DNA of 63,625 nucleotides, counting the filler, from Chiloscyllium plagiosum (lineage: Eukaryota): the NCBI RefSeq assembly GCF_004010195.1. It is 5 parts of one record of this genome, joined end to end, with 100 filler letters (N's around TTAATTAATTAA, not from the genome) between each part and the next. Parts side by side here need not be neighbours in the genome. Positions count along the whole stretch, not along the records: positions 19,590 to 37,417 come from NC_057714.1; positions 37,518 to 54,353 come from NC_057714.1; 3 more parts are not named here. One strand, written 5' to 3'. Below the pieces are notes generated by a model. It was not told the DNA's origin and searched no databases. It worked only from the letters and a program-made list of their open reading frames with translations. Positions 25,800-38,047 of the stretch are shown here, piece by piece. Within the stretch, counting starts at the first letter, position 1. Each line of letters opens with the position of its first letter. Made by a program: the position numbers and the translations under genes.

Positions 25800-27170
25800 C
25801 CTTGGTTAACTTCTGCAGTGCACCTTGTATATGGTGCACGCTGTTGCTGCTGAACATCAGTGGTGGAGAAAATTGATTTTTGTGGATGTAGTTCAAATTA
25901 AGCAGGTTGCTTTGACCTGGATGATGTCAAGCATCTTTGGTCTTTTTGGAGCTTGACTCAACCAGGCAAATGGGGAGTATTCAATCATACCTCTGATATG
26001 TGCCTTCGACATTGTGGACAAGCTCTGGGGAATCAGAGTGTGTTATTCGCTGCAAGATTCCGAGCTTCTGACCTGCTCTTGAAGCCACAACACATGCATT
26101 TATATGGCTAGTTCAGTTGAGTTTTCAGTGAACGGTAATCCGCCAGGATGGTGATAGTGGGTGATTCAGTGACAGTAATGTCACTGAATGTCAAGGGGCA
26201 ATGGTTAGATTGTGTCTCATTGGAGATGTTCATTGCCTGGTCTTTGTTACTTGCAATTTTTCAGCCCAAGCCTTGCTGCATTTGGACATAGACTGTTTCA
26301 GTAATGGAGGAGCAGCAAATGGTCCTGAACATCAACATTTTTCCAATGATCATCGCCACTTCTAACCTTATGACAGAGGGAAGGTTGTTGATGAAACAGA
26401 TAAAAATGGTTGGGTCGAGGACACTATACTGAAAAACTCCTACAGAGATATCTGGATTTGAGATGACTGACCTCCAACAACCACAACCATCATGCTCAGA
26501 TATGACTGCAACCTGGGGAAGGTTCTTCTCAAGATTCCCATTGACTCCAGTTTTACTAAAGTTCTTTGATGCCAAACTTATTCAAATGTGACCTTGATGC
26601 CAAGGGCAGTTACCTGCACCTCTGAAAATCAGCTGTTTTGTCCATGTTTGAACAAAAACTATAATGAGATTAGGAGCTGGGTGGTCCTAGCAGAACCCAA
26701 ACAGAACATCAGTGCGTGGGCTTTTGCTGAGCAGGAGCTGCTCGATATTAATGCAACCTTTTATCATTTTACTAATAATCACGAATAGACGGATAGGCCA
26801 GGTTGAATTTGTCCTGCTTTTTGTGTATAGGACATTCCTGAGCATTTTCCACATTGGCAGGTAGATGCAAGTATTATAGCTGCACTGGAATGGCTTGACA
26901 AGGGGTATGACAAATTCTGGAACATAAATTTTCAGTACTATAGTCTTTGCACTATCTACTGCCTCCAACCATTTCTCAGAATCACATGAAGAGAATTGAA
27001 CTGGCCAAAGACTGGTATCTAATGTTTGTGACCTCTGGAGGAGGCAGAGATGGATCATTCACTCAGCATTTCTGGTTGAACACTTCTGCAAATGCTTCAG
27101 CTTTATCCTTTGCACTGTTGTTCTGAGCTCCCGCAGCCTTGAGAATGGAGATATTTGTGGAGGCTCCTTT
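25800..27170 (-). mobile_element. Old decayed non-LTR (CR1/L2-group) RT fragment
   Basis: Minus ORFs contain GVFQYSVLDPTIFICFINNLP (resembling [17 protein letters not shown]) and PLVKPFQCSY. Confidence 0.6.
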
Positions 27171-27800
27171 GTGATCCCTGTGCTTCCAGCCACTTGCCAT
27201 TTCAATTTCCCATTACACTCAAACCTCATTTTTTGACTGTCTGCAAAGTGCTAACAATGCTCAACTAAAACTGGAACCTACAAATTTGCTTTCATAAGAT
27301 CTGAATATTCATCAGTCATTTTCTATAAAATAATGACTGAGAAACTTTAAACGTACCATTTGCAACTGGTCATTTCTGATAAAGAAAGGTTGACTATCTT
27401 AGTTTTCTCATGGAGTTCCTATCCCAATCAATGGGAATTTCAATTAGTACACTGAAAATAAATTTGCTCTCTGATGCTGACAGACTTGCTTCGTAAATTC
27501 ATGACTCCCTATTTTTAACTCAGATTTCAAGAACATATAAATATTCATTTTTTTATTTCCAGTGCAGGTTACTGAGCTCACAACATTCCTGAAGTCACCT
27601 GATTTATGACAATCTAAAATTATAATGCTTCACATCCATTCCTTTACACTAATCTTTCATGAAGTTTTCAGAAAGTGACAAGTGCACAGAAAATAAGTCA
27701 CAAACTCTACAAGTCGTCTGCCATAACTTCTGAAGAAGATGTCCAAACCCCAGGAGAACTGAGGCACTGTTTCAGCAGGCTTTCCACCAAAATTGTAAGA

Positions 27801-30737
27801 GATAGAGTCATAGAGATGTACAGCATGGAAACAGACCCTTTGGTCCAACCCGTCCATGCCGACCAGATATCCCAACCCGATCTAGTCCTACCTGCCAACA
27901 CCCAGCCCATATCCCTTCAAAACTTTCCTATTCATGTACACATCCAAATGCCTCTTAAATGTTGCAATTGTACCAGCCTCCACCACTTCCTCTGGCAGAT
28001 AATTCCATACACATACCATCCTCTGCATGAAAACATTGCCCCTTAGGTCTCTTTTACATCTTTCCCCTCTCACCCTAAACCTATGCCCTCTAGTTCTGGA
28101 CACCCCCACCCCAGGGAAAAGACTTTGTCTATTTATCCTATCCATGCCCCTCATAATTTTGTAAACCTCTATAAAGTCACCCCTCAGCCTTCGATGCTCC
28201 AGGGAAAACAGATCCAGCCTGTTCAGCCCATAGCTCAAAGCCTCCAACCTTGGCATCATCCTTGTAAATCTTTTCTGAACCCTTTCAAGTTTCACAACAT
28301 CTTTCTGAGAGGAAGGAGACCAGAACTGCACGCAATATTCCAACAGTGGACTAACCAAAGTCCTGTACAGCCGGACCACGACCACTCAACTCCTGTACTC
28401 AATACTCTGACCAATAAAAGAAAGCATACCAAATGCCTTCTTCACTATCCTATCTACCTGCGACTCCACCTTCAAGGAGCTATGAACCTACACTCCAAGG
28501 TCTCTTTGTTCAGCAATACACCTTAGGACCTTACCATTAAGTGTATAACCTGCTAAGGTTTGCTTTCCCAAAATGCAGCGACTCACATTTATCTAAATTA
28601 AACTCCATCTGCCACTTCTCGGCCCATTGGCCCATCTGGTCAAGATCCTGTTGTAATCTGAGGTAACCTTCTTCGCTGTCCACTACACCTCCAATTGTGG
28701 TGTCAGCTGCAAACTTACGGCGGCACGGTGGCTCAGTGGTTAGCATGCTGCCTCACAGCGCCAGGGACCCAGGTTCAATTCCTGCCTCGGGCAACTGTCT
28801 GTGTGGAGTTTGCACATTCTCCCTGTATCTGCGCGAGTTTCCTCCGGGTCCTCCGGTTTCCTCCCACAATCCAAAGATGTGCAGGTTAGGTGAATTGGCC
28901 ATGCTAAATTGCCCATAGTGTTAGGTGCATTTGTCAGGGGTAAATGTAGGGGAATGGTTCTGGATGGGTTGACCTTTGGAGGGTCACTGTGGACTTGTTG
29001 GGCCAAAGGGCCTGCTTTCACACTGTATGTAATCTAATAACTGTACCTCTTATGCTCGCATCCAAATCATTTATGTGAATGTCAAAAAGTAGAGGACCCA
29101 GCCCGAGCCTTGTGGCACTCCACTGGTCACAGGCCTCCAGTCTGAAAAACAACCCTCTTCTACCTTTGAGCCAGTTCTGTATCCAAATAACAAGCTCTCC
29201 CTTCATTCCCTGAGATCTAACCTTGCTAACCAGCCTCCCATGGGGAACCTTGTCGAACACCTTACTGAAGTTTACCACTCTGCCCTCACCAATCCTCTTT
29301 GTTAGTTCTTCAAAAACCTCAATCAAGTTTGTGAGACATGATTTCCCATGTACAAAGCCATGTTGACCATTCCTAATCAGTCCTTGCCTTTCCAAATACA
29401 TGTACATCCTGTCCCTCAGGATTCCCTTCAACAACTTGCCCACCACCAACATCAGGCTCCTGGCATCTCCAGGACATCTGGTTCTTGGTGCCTCAGAGAT
29501 GTTGTGCACTAAAGTCCCAAATACATGTACATCCTGTCCCTCAGGATTCCCTTCAACAACTTGCCCACCACCAACATCAGGCTCACTGGTCTTTAGTTCC
29601 TTGGCTTGTCCTTACCACCCTCCTTAAACAGTGGCACCTCCAGTCTTCTGGCACCTCACCTGTGACTATCGATGTTACAAATATCTCAGCAAGAGGCCCA
29701 GCAATCACTTCCCACAGAGTTCTAGGGTACACCTGATCAGGTCCTGGAGATTTATCCACTTTTATGCATTTCAAGACATCCAGTACTTCCTCCTCTGTAA
29801 TATGGACATTTTGCAAGGTGTCACCATCTATTTCGCTACTTTCTATATCTTCCATGTCCTTTTCCACAGTAAATACTGATGCAAAATACTCATTTAGTAT
29901 CTCCCCCATTTTCTGTGGCTCCATACAAAGGCTGCCTTGCTGATCTTTGTGGGGCCCTACTCTCTCCCTAGTTATCCTTTAGTCCTTAATGTATTTGTAA
30001 AAACCCTTTGGTTAACTATATTTGCCAAAGTTAACTCATGTCCCCTTTTTGCCCTCCTGATTTCCCTCTTAAGTATACTCCTACTGCCTTTATACTCTTC
30101 TAAGGATTCATTCGATCTATCCTGTCTATACCTTACATATGCTTCCTTTTTTTTAACCAAACCCTCAATTTCTTTAGTCATCCAGCATTCCCTATACTAC
30201 CAGCCTTTCCTTTCACCCGGACAGGAATATACTTTCTCTGGATTCTCGTTACCTCATTTCTGAAGGCTTCCCATTTTCCAGCCGTCCCTTTATGGCGAAC
30301 ATCTGCCCCAAATAAGCTTTCGAAAGTTCTTGCCTTATACTGTGGAAATTGGCCTTTCTCCAATTTAGAAATTCAACTTTTAGATCTGGTCTATCCTTTT
30401 CCATCACTATTTTAAATCTAATAGAATTATGGTTGCTGGTCCGAAAGCGCTCCCCCACTGACACCTCAATTACCTACCCTGCCTTATTTCCCAAAAGTAG
30501 GTCAAGTTTTGCACCTTCTCTACTAGGTACATCCACATACTGAATCAGAAAATTTTCTTGTACACACTTAACAAATTCCTCTCCATCTAAACCCTTAACA
30601 CCATGGCAGTGTCAGTCTATGTTCGGAAAATTAAAATCCCCTACCATAACCACCCAATTATTCTTACGGATAGCTGAGATCTACTTCCAAGTTTGTTTCT
30701 CAATTTCCCTCTGACTATTAGGGAGTCTGTAATACAT
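27801..30737 (-). mobile_element. CR1/HER1 LINE, 5'-truncated ORF2, with nested SINE and internal duplication
   Basis: KSPGPDQ, QHGFVHGKSCLTNL, FAADT, LEYCVQFWSP and a (CTCTATGA)-type tail at 27801-27816. Confidence 0.93.
28719..29037 (+). mobile_element. HE1-type SINE nested in CR1
   Basis: GGCGGCACGGTGGCTCAGTGG (A box) and GGTTCAATTCC (B box). It interrupts the CR1 sequence AAACTTAC|TAACT. Confidence 0.93.
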
Positions 30738-31879
30738 GTTTAAAATCAGCATTATTTGAAAAGTGAATACAATACATTAGGATATTTTAATTTGCATAAC
30801 TACACAATTATCCAAAAGAAAATTGTTCGGAAACCACTCAAAAGCTTTTATTTTAGATTGCCACGTCAAACCAACTTGATTTATCAGTACCCTTGCAATT
30901 ATTCAGATCCAATTATTCTTACATAAATATATGTATATTAGTCTGCCAGTGAAGGATATTACAAAATAGTGCCTTGATTAAAGTTTCTTTGCCTGAATTT
31001 CCCTCTTTCGCAAGAAAGTTTTACTGCTGGGACATATTGGAATAAATGCCAGAAACCTATGACATCACAAAAAGGCCATTTAACTAGAGGCTAGACAATA
31101 AGCATAAACAGAATATTCACCCTTGGCCTGATAAAGGAGATAGGCAGTGAAGAGAGAAGAACAAATTTGAGGTCATATATTATGTTGTTGTCAAATGCAT
31201 GGCAGTCAAGGTGACTGCATGACAAAAAGGAGTGATGACTTGCCAGAGTTTGAACTCCAGGGCAAGGTCTTTATGCAAAACATAAATAAACTATTATTTT
31301 GACTGGCATTAGTTAGATCAGCCCACTGTGATTTACGTGGGATAAATACACAAGAATTATTGATGCCACTTAGATACCAATGCAATTACTTCAATCAGCT
31401 AAAATTCCTATTGATACGTGGAAACTTTGGTAAAGAGGAATAATATTCAAATTTAACAAGAAACAAGTACTCCTGCATTTCAAATCACGCAAATTTACAA
31501 AGTATTCATGTCAATTTTCAAGCAAAGAAGCCATGTTAATAACACTGGTCTCATCTCCTTTACAATCATCTAAAGTCACATCAAAATCCATCGAAAAAAC
31601 CATTTCACTGAATGAAAAGTGAGAAATTACATTGTGAGAGTCAGGAGACATTCATAAACAAATCTTTGTATTGTTTGGAACTGCTCAAATATATGAGTGA
31701 ATGTTTGCAATACTGGAAGCTATTCAATGTTTCATGTCTGTGTCTGTCAAGGGCAAATCAAAACTAATCCAATCCACACCACATTTCAGATACTTCCCTT
31801 CCCAACCTGACTACTTGGTACCAAAATCAACAAATATTCATTATAAGGCTCAAAGTATAAGCCCATAATGTCTCATAGA

Positions 31880-32860
31880 TACCTGACACTCCACTTCCTG
31901 TGAAGATTCCATTTCTTTCTTCCAGTTTCTCTCTTACTGTCCCATCTGATGGTGCAACCTTCCTGACCAACACTTCTGAATTGGCCTTTTTTAACTCAAC
32001 TAATGATTTTCTTTCCCACCCATATCATGGTTGCAGGGCCCTCAATCATGTCCATCGCATTTCCCAACACTTTCCCCTCTCACTCCTTCCCCTGCTATGA
32101 TCTAATCCTTCACCGTCCAAGTTCAATGGATTGTTCTCTGTCATTTCCTCCATCTCCATATAATATCAATGCCAAACACATTTAAAAATGACATAAGATG
32201 TAAATATTTTACAGAGAGGATGATTCACATATGGAGTGAATTTCCTGAGAAAGTGGTGAATGTGAGTACAATTACAACATTTAAAAGACATTTGTATAGA
32301 TACATGAATAGGAAAGATATGCGCCAGGAATAGGCAGGTGGGACGAGTTTAGTTTGGGATTATGGTCAGCGTGGACTGGTTGTCTGTTTCCATGCTGTAT
32401 GACCCTATGACTCTATGACATCCTTTTCTCCCCTCCCCTTTCAGCATAGGATGGTTCCCTCCAAAGTAACCTAATGTACTCCTCAACTGCCCTCCTCCCC
32501 TCCAACAACTACACCGATTCCCACAGCACCTTTTCATACAAGTGCAGGAGATCTCGTGCCTATCCTTTCATGTCATCTCTCTTTGTCATCCAACAGTCCT
32601 TTCAGGTGATAGAATGATTTACGTGTACTTCTATCAATTTAGTATAAAGTATTAGCTGGTGACTATGGTGTCTGTTTACAGACTAGGGAAACCAAATGGA
32701 GACTGGATGACTGCTGTGTGGAACACCTCTGTTCTATCCACATGGATGTTGATGTAATTCTTTGCCTTTTCTTCCACTGAAACACGACTTAAGTTCAAAC
32801 CTCATCTTTCAATAAAGAACTTGATAGCCTTCAAAGATCAAGTGGGTTTAATAATTTTAA
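31880..32860 (+). mobile_element. Old PLE 3' remnant interrupted by a CR1 3' tail (about 32190-32420)
   Basis: Degenerate similarity to 53630-54350. The CR1 tail GACCCTATGACTCTATGAC is at 32401-32419. Confidence 0.55.
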
Positions 32861-34647
32861 ACTACAATCTTTGGCCCATTTTGTTCTGCCTTCTTTGCAG
32901 ATTTCAGCTTTAGTTTATCTGTTCCTTTGCTTTATGTTCAGACGACAGCTCTTCATCATCCTTCAATTCACATCTCCCCTGGATATCTTTTATTACTTTA
33001 TTTCTCCATTACCACTCCATTTGGCCCAGCACCATCAACTTTATCATTTAATTTGTCCTGTCACCCCGACACAGACCTTTCCTTTTATTCTTTATCCATC
33101 CTCCCCAATTTCACCTACTTAAAACATTCCCAACTGTTCCCAATTCTGATCTAAGTTTGTGCTAGATTTTCAGAGTGATATGAGGTACCTGATTCCAAAA
33201 ATCCCCCATTCCCAACTAGCCTAATTTTAATCGGTGTGCAATGAATGTGTGGGTAGTAAATGCTGCACACATGATCTGGCTGATTCCAGTGCAAGGGTAG
33301 GCATCTCCAAGACCTTCCTCAGTTATCAGCTTTGGGAATTGGGCCGGCATCTCCAGGACATCTGGTTCTTGGTGCCTCAGAGATGTTGTGCACTAAAGTC
33401 TGGATTGCGAAACCTTTTAAATAATAGTTTTATAAAGATCTTACAAGCTCTCCATGCCCTCTTCATGTTAACCTACTGCCAACTGATGCTATCCCATCTA
33501 CCTTCCTTGGCCCCTTACAAACCCCATGCCAAATCAATTATAACTCATGTCTCATACACCCTCAATGGCTTTCAATGCCAAGTAATTGCACCTCTGCACC
33601 ATTCACCAAATTTACACGATATAAAATTCAATGACTCCTAGAGTAAGAATGGCTTGTAAAAAGATCATTTTTAAAAAACTGGCACACCCACAATCATATA
33701 AACAAGTATCAATTATTTTTGACAAATAAAATATTAACAACAGAAACTTTAAATGGTTGACACCTGTTAAAATTTAAGCAGATAAACAATAAGATATTGA
33801 CAAGAGAAATCACAGAAGGAATAACTTGACTATAACCTCAGGGATGGTAATCAAGCAAAGTCAACTCTTCTCTGTATCTATGTAATGACTCTGGAAGTAA
33901 GAGGGCTTCCTTTCTAACATGCAATGAGGTGTAAAAGCAGTTTATCAGTGGACTTCCTTTTGCATACTGGACTCTAATATTGAATACATACGTGCATAAT
34001 CACAGTTACTTTGGGTTCAAAGTGTAATTTCATGGCTTTCACCATTTTTATTGTCTTTCTTATTAATCTTCAGGGAGATTTAAAGCCGAATATACTTCAT
34101 AACCATCTCTGTCCAAGAACGATTTAAAAATGTAACTATTAGTAGCTATCCTGATTTGTTACTTAAATCTGTTGCAGTTTCAGAATGTTGTCATTGTGAG
34201 TAGAAAAACTGGCAGTTCTGCTTCAAATCACCTTGCTAGTGCCATAAGAAGAAAATCCATAGGCTGTGTCTTCATTGAAAACACTATATATGGCCTGCTT
34301 CTTTATTCCTATCTATGGCTTTTTGGTTTTCATCAGCTTTCACCAGTTCTGATTGTCACTGGGTTCTTTTTTGAACAGTTGTACATACAGTTCTTCAACA
34401 CTCCATCTCAGCTCCACTCTGAACTATGTCACAATCTCACAGGACAAGTTTTGCTTGCACGCTGCCTTGATTGAACTGACTTTAAAATTAATACCTGCAG
34501 TGTGTGCCTAATGTAAAGATCTGCTAGGCTACAGAAAACCATCTGTTACTTGTAATTTTTACTGGCTCTTGAAATCCTTATTCTTAGAAGTATTTTCATA
34601 AATTCTAGCTGTAACCTTTGACTTCAGCAGAATTATTTCATTTCCGT

Positions 34648-34960
34648 GGATGACATGGTGGCACAGTGGTCAGCACTGCTGCCTCACAGCGCCAGAGACC
34701 CGGGTTCAATTCCCGCCTCAGGCGACTGACTGTGTGGAGTTTGCACATTCTCCCTGTGTCTGCGTGGGTTTTCTCCGGGTGCTCCGGTTTCCTCCCACAG
34801 TCACAAGGATGTGCAGGTTAGGTGAATTGGCCATGCTAAATTGCCCGTAGTGTTAGGTGAAGGGGTAAATGTAGGGGAATGGGTCTGGGTGGGTTGCGCT
34901 TCGGCAGGTCGATGTGGACTTGTTGTGCCGAAGGGCCTATTTCCACACTGTAAGTAATCT
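34648..34960 (+). mobile_element. HE1-type SINE
   Basis: A/B boxes, V-core and TAAGTAATCTAA tail. Confidence 0.92.
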
Positions 34961-36259
34961 AAAATACATTTGATTTGTTTTAGACTGAGCAAAAGTATTT
35001 TGCTACAAAGATATTCACTGTCTTTGACAATAGGTAGCACAGCCTGATAATTTTACACAGATATCTTCAAATTTGTTTTTTTAAACATAAGCATGACAAA
35101 TTACAATGGAAAATGTCAGCAAAGAAATGAAAGCCAAAAGTACTATTTTGTAGAAAAGAACAGTCCTGCTTTAGGTTCTGAGTTAGTGTTGTCAAGACAT
35201 CAGGCAATCAAAGACCCAAGGGTTATGAGAAATTGGTTCTTGGCATTATCAATATATTCAATAAAACCTGTTAACATCAATTCACACCCATCCCCCACCC
35301 TGACCAAAACAGATTATCCTGATCACAGCAAGCCATTAATTAAAATTTAACTAATGCCATGTTGAATAATTAATTCCATGCAGTTAATATGACAATCCTA
35401 AACCACAGTATGCAGCTGGCAAGGCATGCGGAGTTTTCTTTCTCTGTAACCAATGCTTAAGATTGTTTGTCAGATAGCTAGCTACACATTCCATCTGGGT
35501 CTTAGTCCAAAGACAAAGTCTTTCTTCCAGATATCACTTCTATGTCAACATTTCCACATTATACATTTTTCATGAGTCACCCTATGTAAGCTAACTAATA
35601 TAATACAATGTTGACCCATTTTTACAAATAAATAATGCAGAATATTTTTCATTAATAAGTTACATTTTGGATCTTTAAATATTTTCAATACTATTTTTAT
35701 TAAGGCCATTTTCTGTGCAGTTTATCCATGTGGGAGCTGTCAGAAAATATGACCTTTCATTAAGGGCCTCAGTCTTGCTTGTACATTTTGGTGACAAGTG
35801 TCAAATTCTGAGACTTTGCAATGCACTGAGCTTTTCCAGTTACATAAGTTTAATTTTTAAAGCAAGTCTGAGAGGGAAATAGGTAGCAAGGTAATTTTGG
35901 AAAAAAGGGGGAAGAGAAAAAAAAGAAACTCTGAAGATTGAGCAAATGGAGGGTTCAGGTGGGTGCAAATTAGGTGGTTCATAAGAGGAAGACATAGATC
36001 TAGTAATGGGACTGAGGTGCAATGGGGAAAGAAAAGGAATAATGAGAAACTGTAAGGGATGTAGTGGGAGTGTGGGTAGGAGCAGGGCTGGGGGAAGTTA
36101 TATGAGTTGGTATGGAAAGAGAAGGGATGATTGTTATAGCTTGAAAGGGATTAGTTCAGTGGCTTTTCAAGAGAGCTAGGATGGATTTAGGAGGCCAAAA
36201 ATTCTGTGATTCTAGAACATAAGCATTTATTTGGACAGGCATGGAATTATTGAGACAGT

Positions 36260-36540
36260 CAAAGTGTGTGGTGCTGAAAAAGCACAGACGGTCAGGCAGC
36301 ATCCGAGGAGCAGGAGAGTTGACATTTCGACCATAAGCTCTCCATCAGGAATGTGGAGTGTGGCCCAAGGGGGCTGAGAGATAAATGAATAGCAGGTCAG
36401 GCAGCATCCAAGGAGCAGTGGAATCAAAGTTTTGAGCATAAGCCCTTTATCCTGATGAAGGGCTTATGCCAGAAAACGTTGATTCTCCTGCTCTTTGGAT
36501 GTTGCCTGACCTGCTGTGCTTTTCCAGCACCACACTCTTG
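36260..36540. mobile_element. Cluster of three PLE hammerhead modules (two minus, one plus; the last two form a fold-back)
   Basis: GGCAGCATCC...CATCAGG modules at 36262-36352 and 36391-36451, and CTGATGAAGGGCTTATGCC at 36452. Confidence 0.8.
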
Positions 36541-36629
36541 AAGCCAAATGAATACTGTGGCTATAAGAACTGGTCAGAGTTTAGGGATTCTGCAGTGAGT
36601 AACTCGTCTCCTGACTCCTCAAAACCTAT

Positions 36630-37240
36630 CTACCATTTACAAGGCACAATTGTGATGGAACACTTCTCATTTGCATGGTTGATACCAGCTCCAAGTGCAC
36701 TCCTGTAGTTTGACACCAACCAAGGACCATCTCTCCACCCTGCAGGCACTCTGCCTCTGTTCCTGACGAAGGGCTTTTGCCCGAGACGTCGATTTTCCTG
36801 CTTGTCGGATGCTGCCTGAACTGCTGTGCTTTTCCAGCGCCACTCTAATCTAGAATCTGGTTTCCAGCATCTGCAGTCATTGGTTTTACCATCCACGACA
36901 ATGCAGCCTACCTGTTTGGCACCACAGCCACAAACATTCACTCCCTCTACCACCAATGTTCAGTAGCAGCACCATGCACCATCTCAAGATGTATTGCAGA
37001 AATTCACCAATGTGCCTGAGATAGCACCTTTCAAACTCTTGACCAATGACATTTAGAACAATAAGGGCAACAAATACATGGGATGATTACCCGTTGCCAG
37101 TTCCTTTCCAAGACACAGATCATCCTGACTTAGAAATATATCACTGTTCCTCCATTAGTTCTGGATCAAAATTCAAAAACTCTCTACCTAACAACATTGT
37201 GGATATATCTACACCAAATGAAGTGCAATGATCCAAGAAC
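36630..37240 (+). mobile_element. Decayed CR1/L2-group 3' fragment containing a PLE hammerhead insert (36732-36887)
   Basis: Same family as 7020-7645. The insert carries CTGACGAAGGGCTTTTGCCCGAGACGTC and is flanked by ACCATC. Confidence 0.65.
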
Positions 37241-37417
37241 CTAGATTAGAGTGGTGCCGGAAAAGCACAGCAGTTCAGGCAGCATCCGAGGAGCAGGAAA
37301 ATCAATGTTTCAGGCAAAAGCCCTTCATCAGGAATAGAGGCAGAGTGCCTGCAGGATGGAGAGATAAATGAGAGGAGGGTGGAGGTGGGGAGAAGTAGCA
37401 TAGAGTACAATAGGTGA
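37241..37417 (-). mobile_element. PLE pseudo-LTR with hammerhead motif, truncated by a gap
   Basis: AATCAATGTTTCAGGCAAAAGCCCTTCATCAGGAAT. Confidence 0.8.
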
Positions 37418-37517
37418 NNNNNNNNNNNNNNNNNNNNNNNNNNNNNNNNNNNNNNNNNNNNTTAATTAATTAANNNNNNNNNNNNNNNNNNNNNNNNNNN
37501 NNNNNNNNNNNNNNNNN

Positions 37518-38047
37518 TGGAAAAGCGCAGCAGGTCAGGCAGCATCCAGGGAACAGGAGAATCGACGTTTCGGGCATAAGCGCTTCTTCAGGAATGAGGA
37601 AAGTTTGTCTAGCAGGCTAAGATAAAAGGTAGGGAGGAGGGACTTGGGGGGGGGGCGTCGGAAATGTGATAGGTGGAAAGAGGTCAAGGTGAGGGTGATA
37701 GGTCAGACTGGGGTGGGGGCGGAGAGGTCAGGAAGAAGATTGCAGATTAGGAAGGCGATGCTGCTTCTGTGCAGAGGAGATGTCCTAGGGGGTGCAGTGA
37801 GAGAGGGACTCACTGAAATCTTTGTAGAGGGAGGAAGAGAGCTTCTTCAAGGAAGGCATCCTTGTAAGAGGATTCGCAGTAGGTTGAAATCTTTGAGGAG
37901 AAAGTGAGGTCTGCAGATGCTGGAGATCAGAGCTGAAAATGTGTTGCTGGAAAAGCGCAGCAGGTCAGGCAGCATCCAGGGAACAGGAGAATTGACGTTT
38001 CGGGCATAAAACCTTCTTCAGGAATGAGGAAAGTCAACCTACTGCGA
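37518..38047 (-). mobile_element. Internally deleted mini-PLE bounded by two direct hammerhead-bearing repeats
   Basis: 37518-37604 is repeated at 37948-38034. 37770-37860 matches the PLE 5' ORF end at 2480-2572. Confidence 0.85.

Noticed and set aside
27357..27375. Possible minus-strand micro-exons (here, near 31130 and near 23015-23053) with plausible splice sites
   Set aside because: No recognisable protein and no way to establish phase. Such sites arise by chance in AT-rich intronic DNA.
28719..28790. tRNA-like sequences with A and B boxes
   Set aside because: These are SINE heads continuing into the V-core and LINE-like tail, not tRNA genes.
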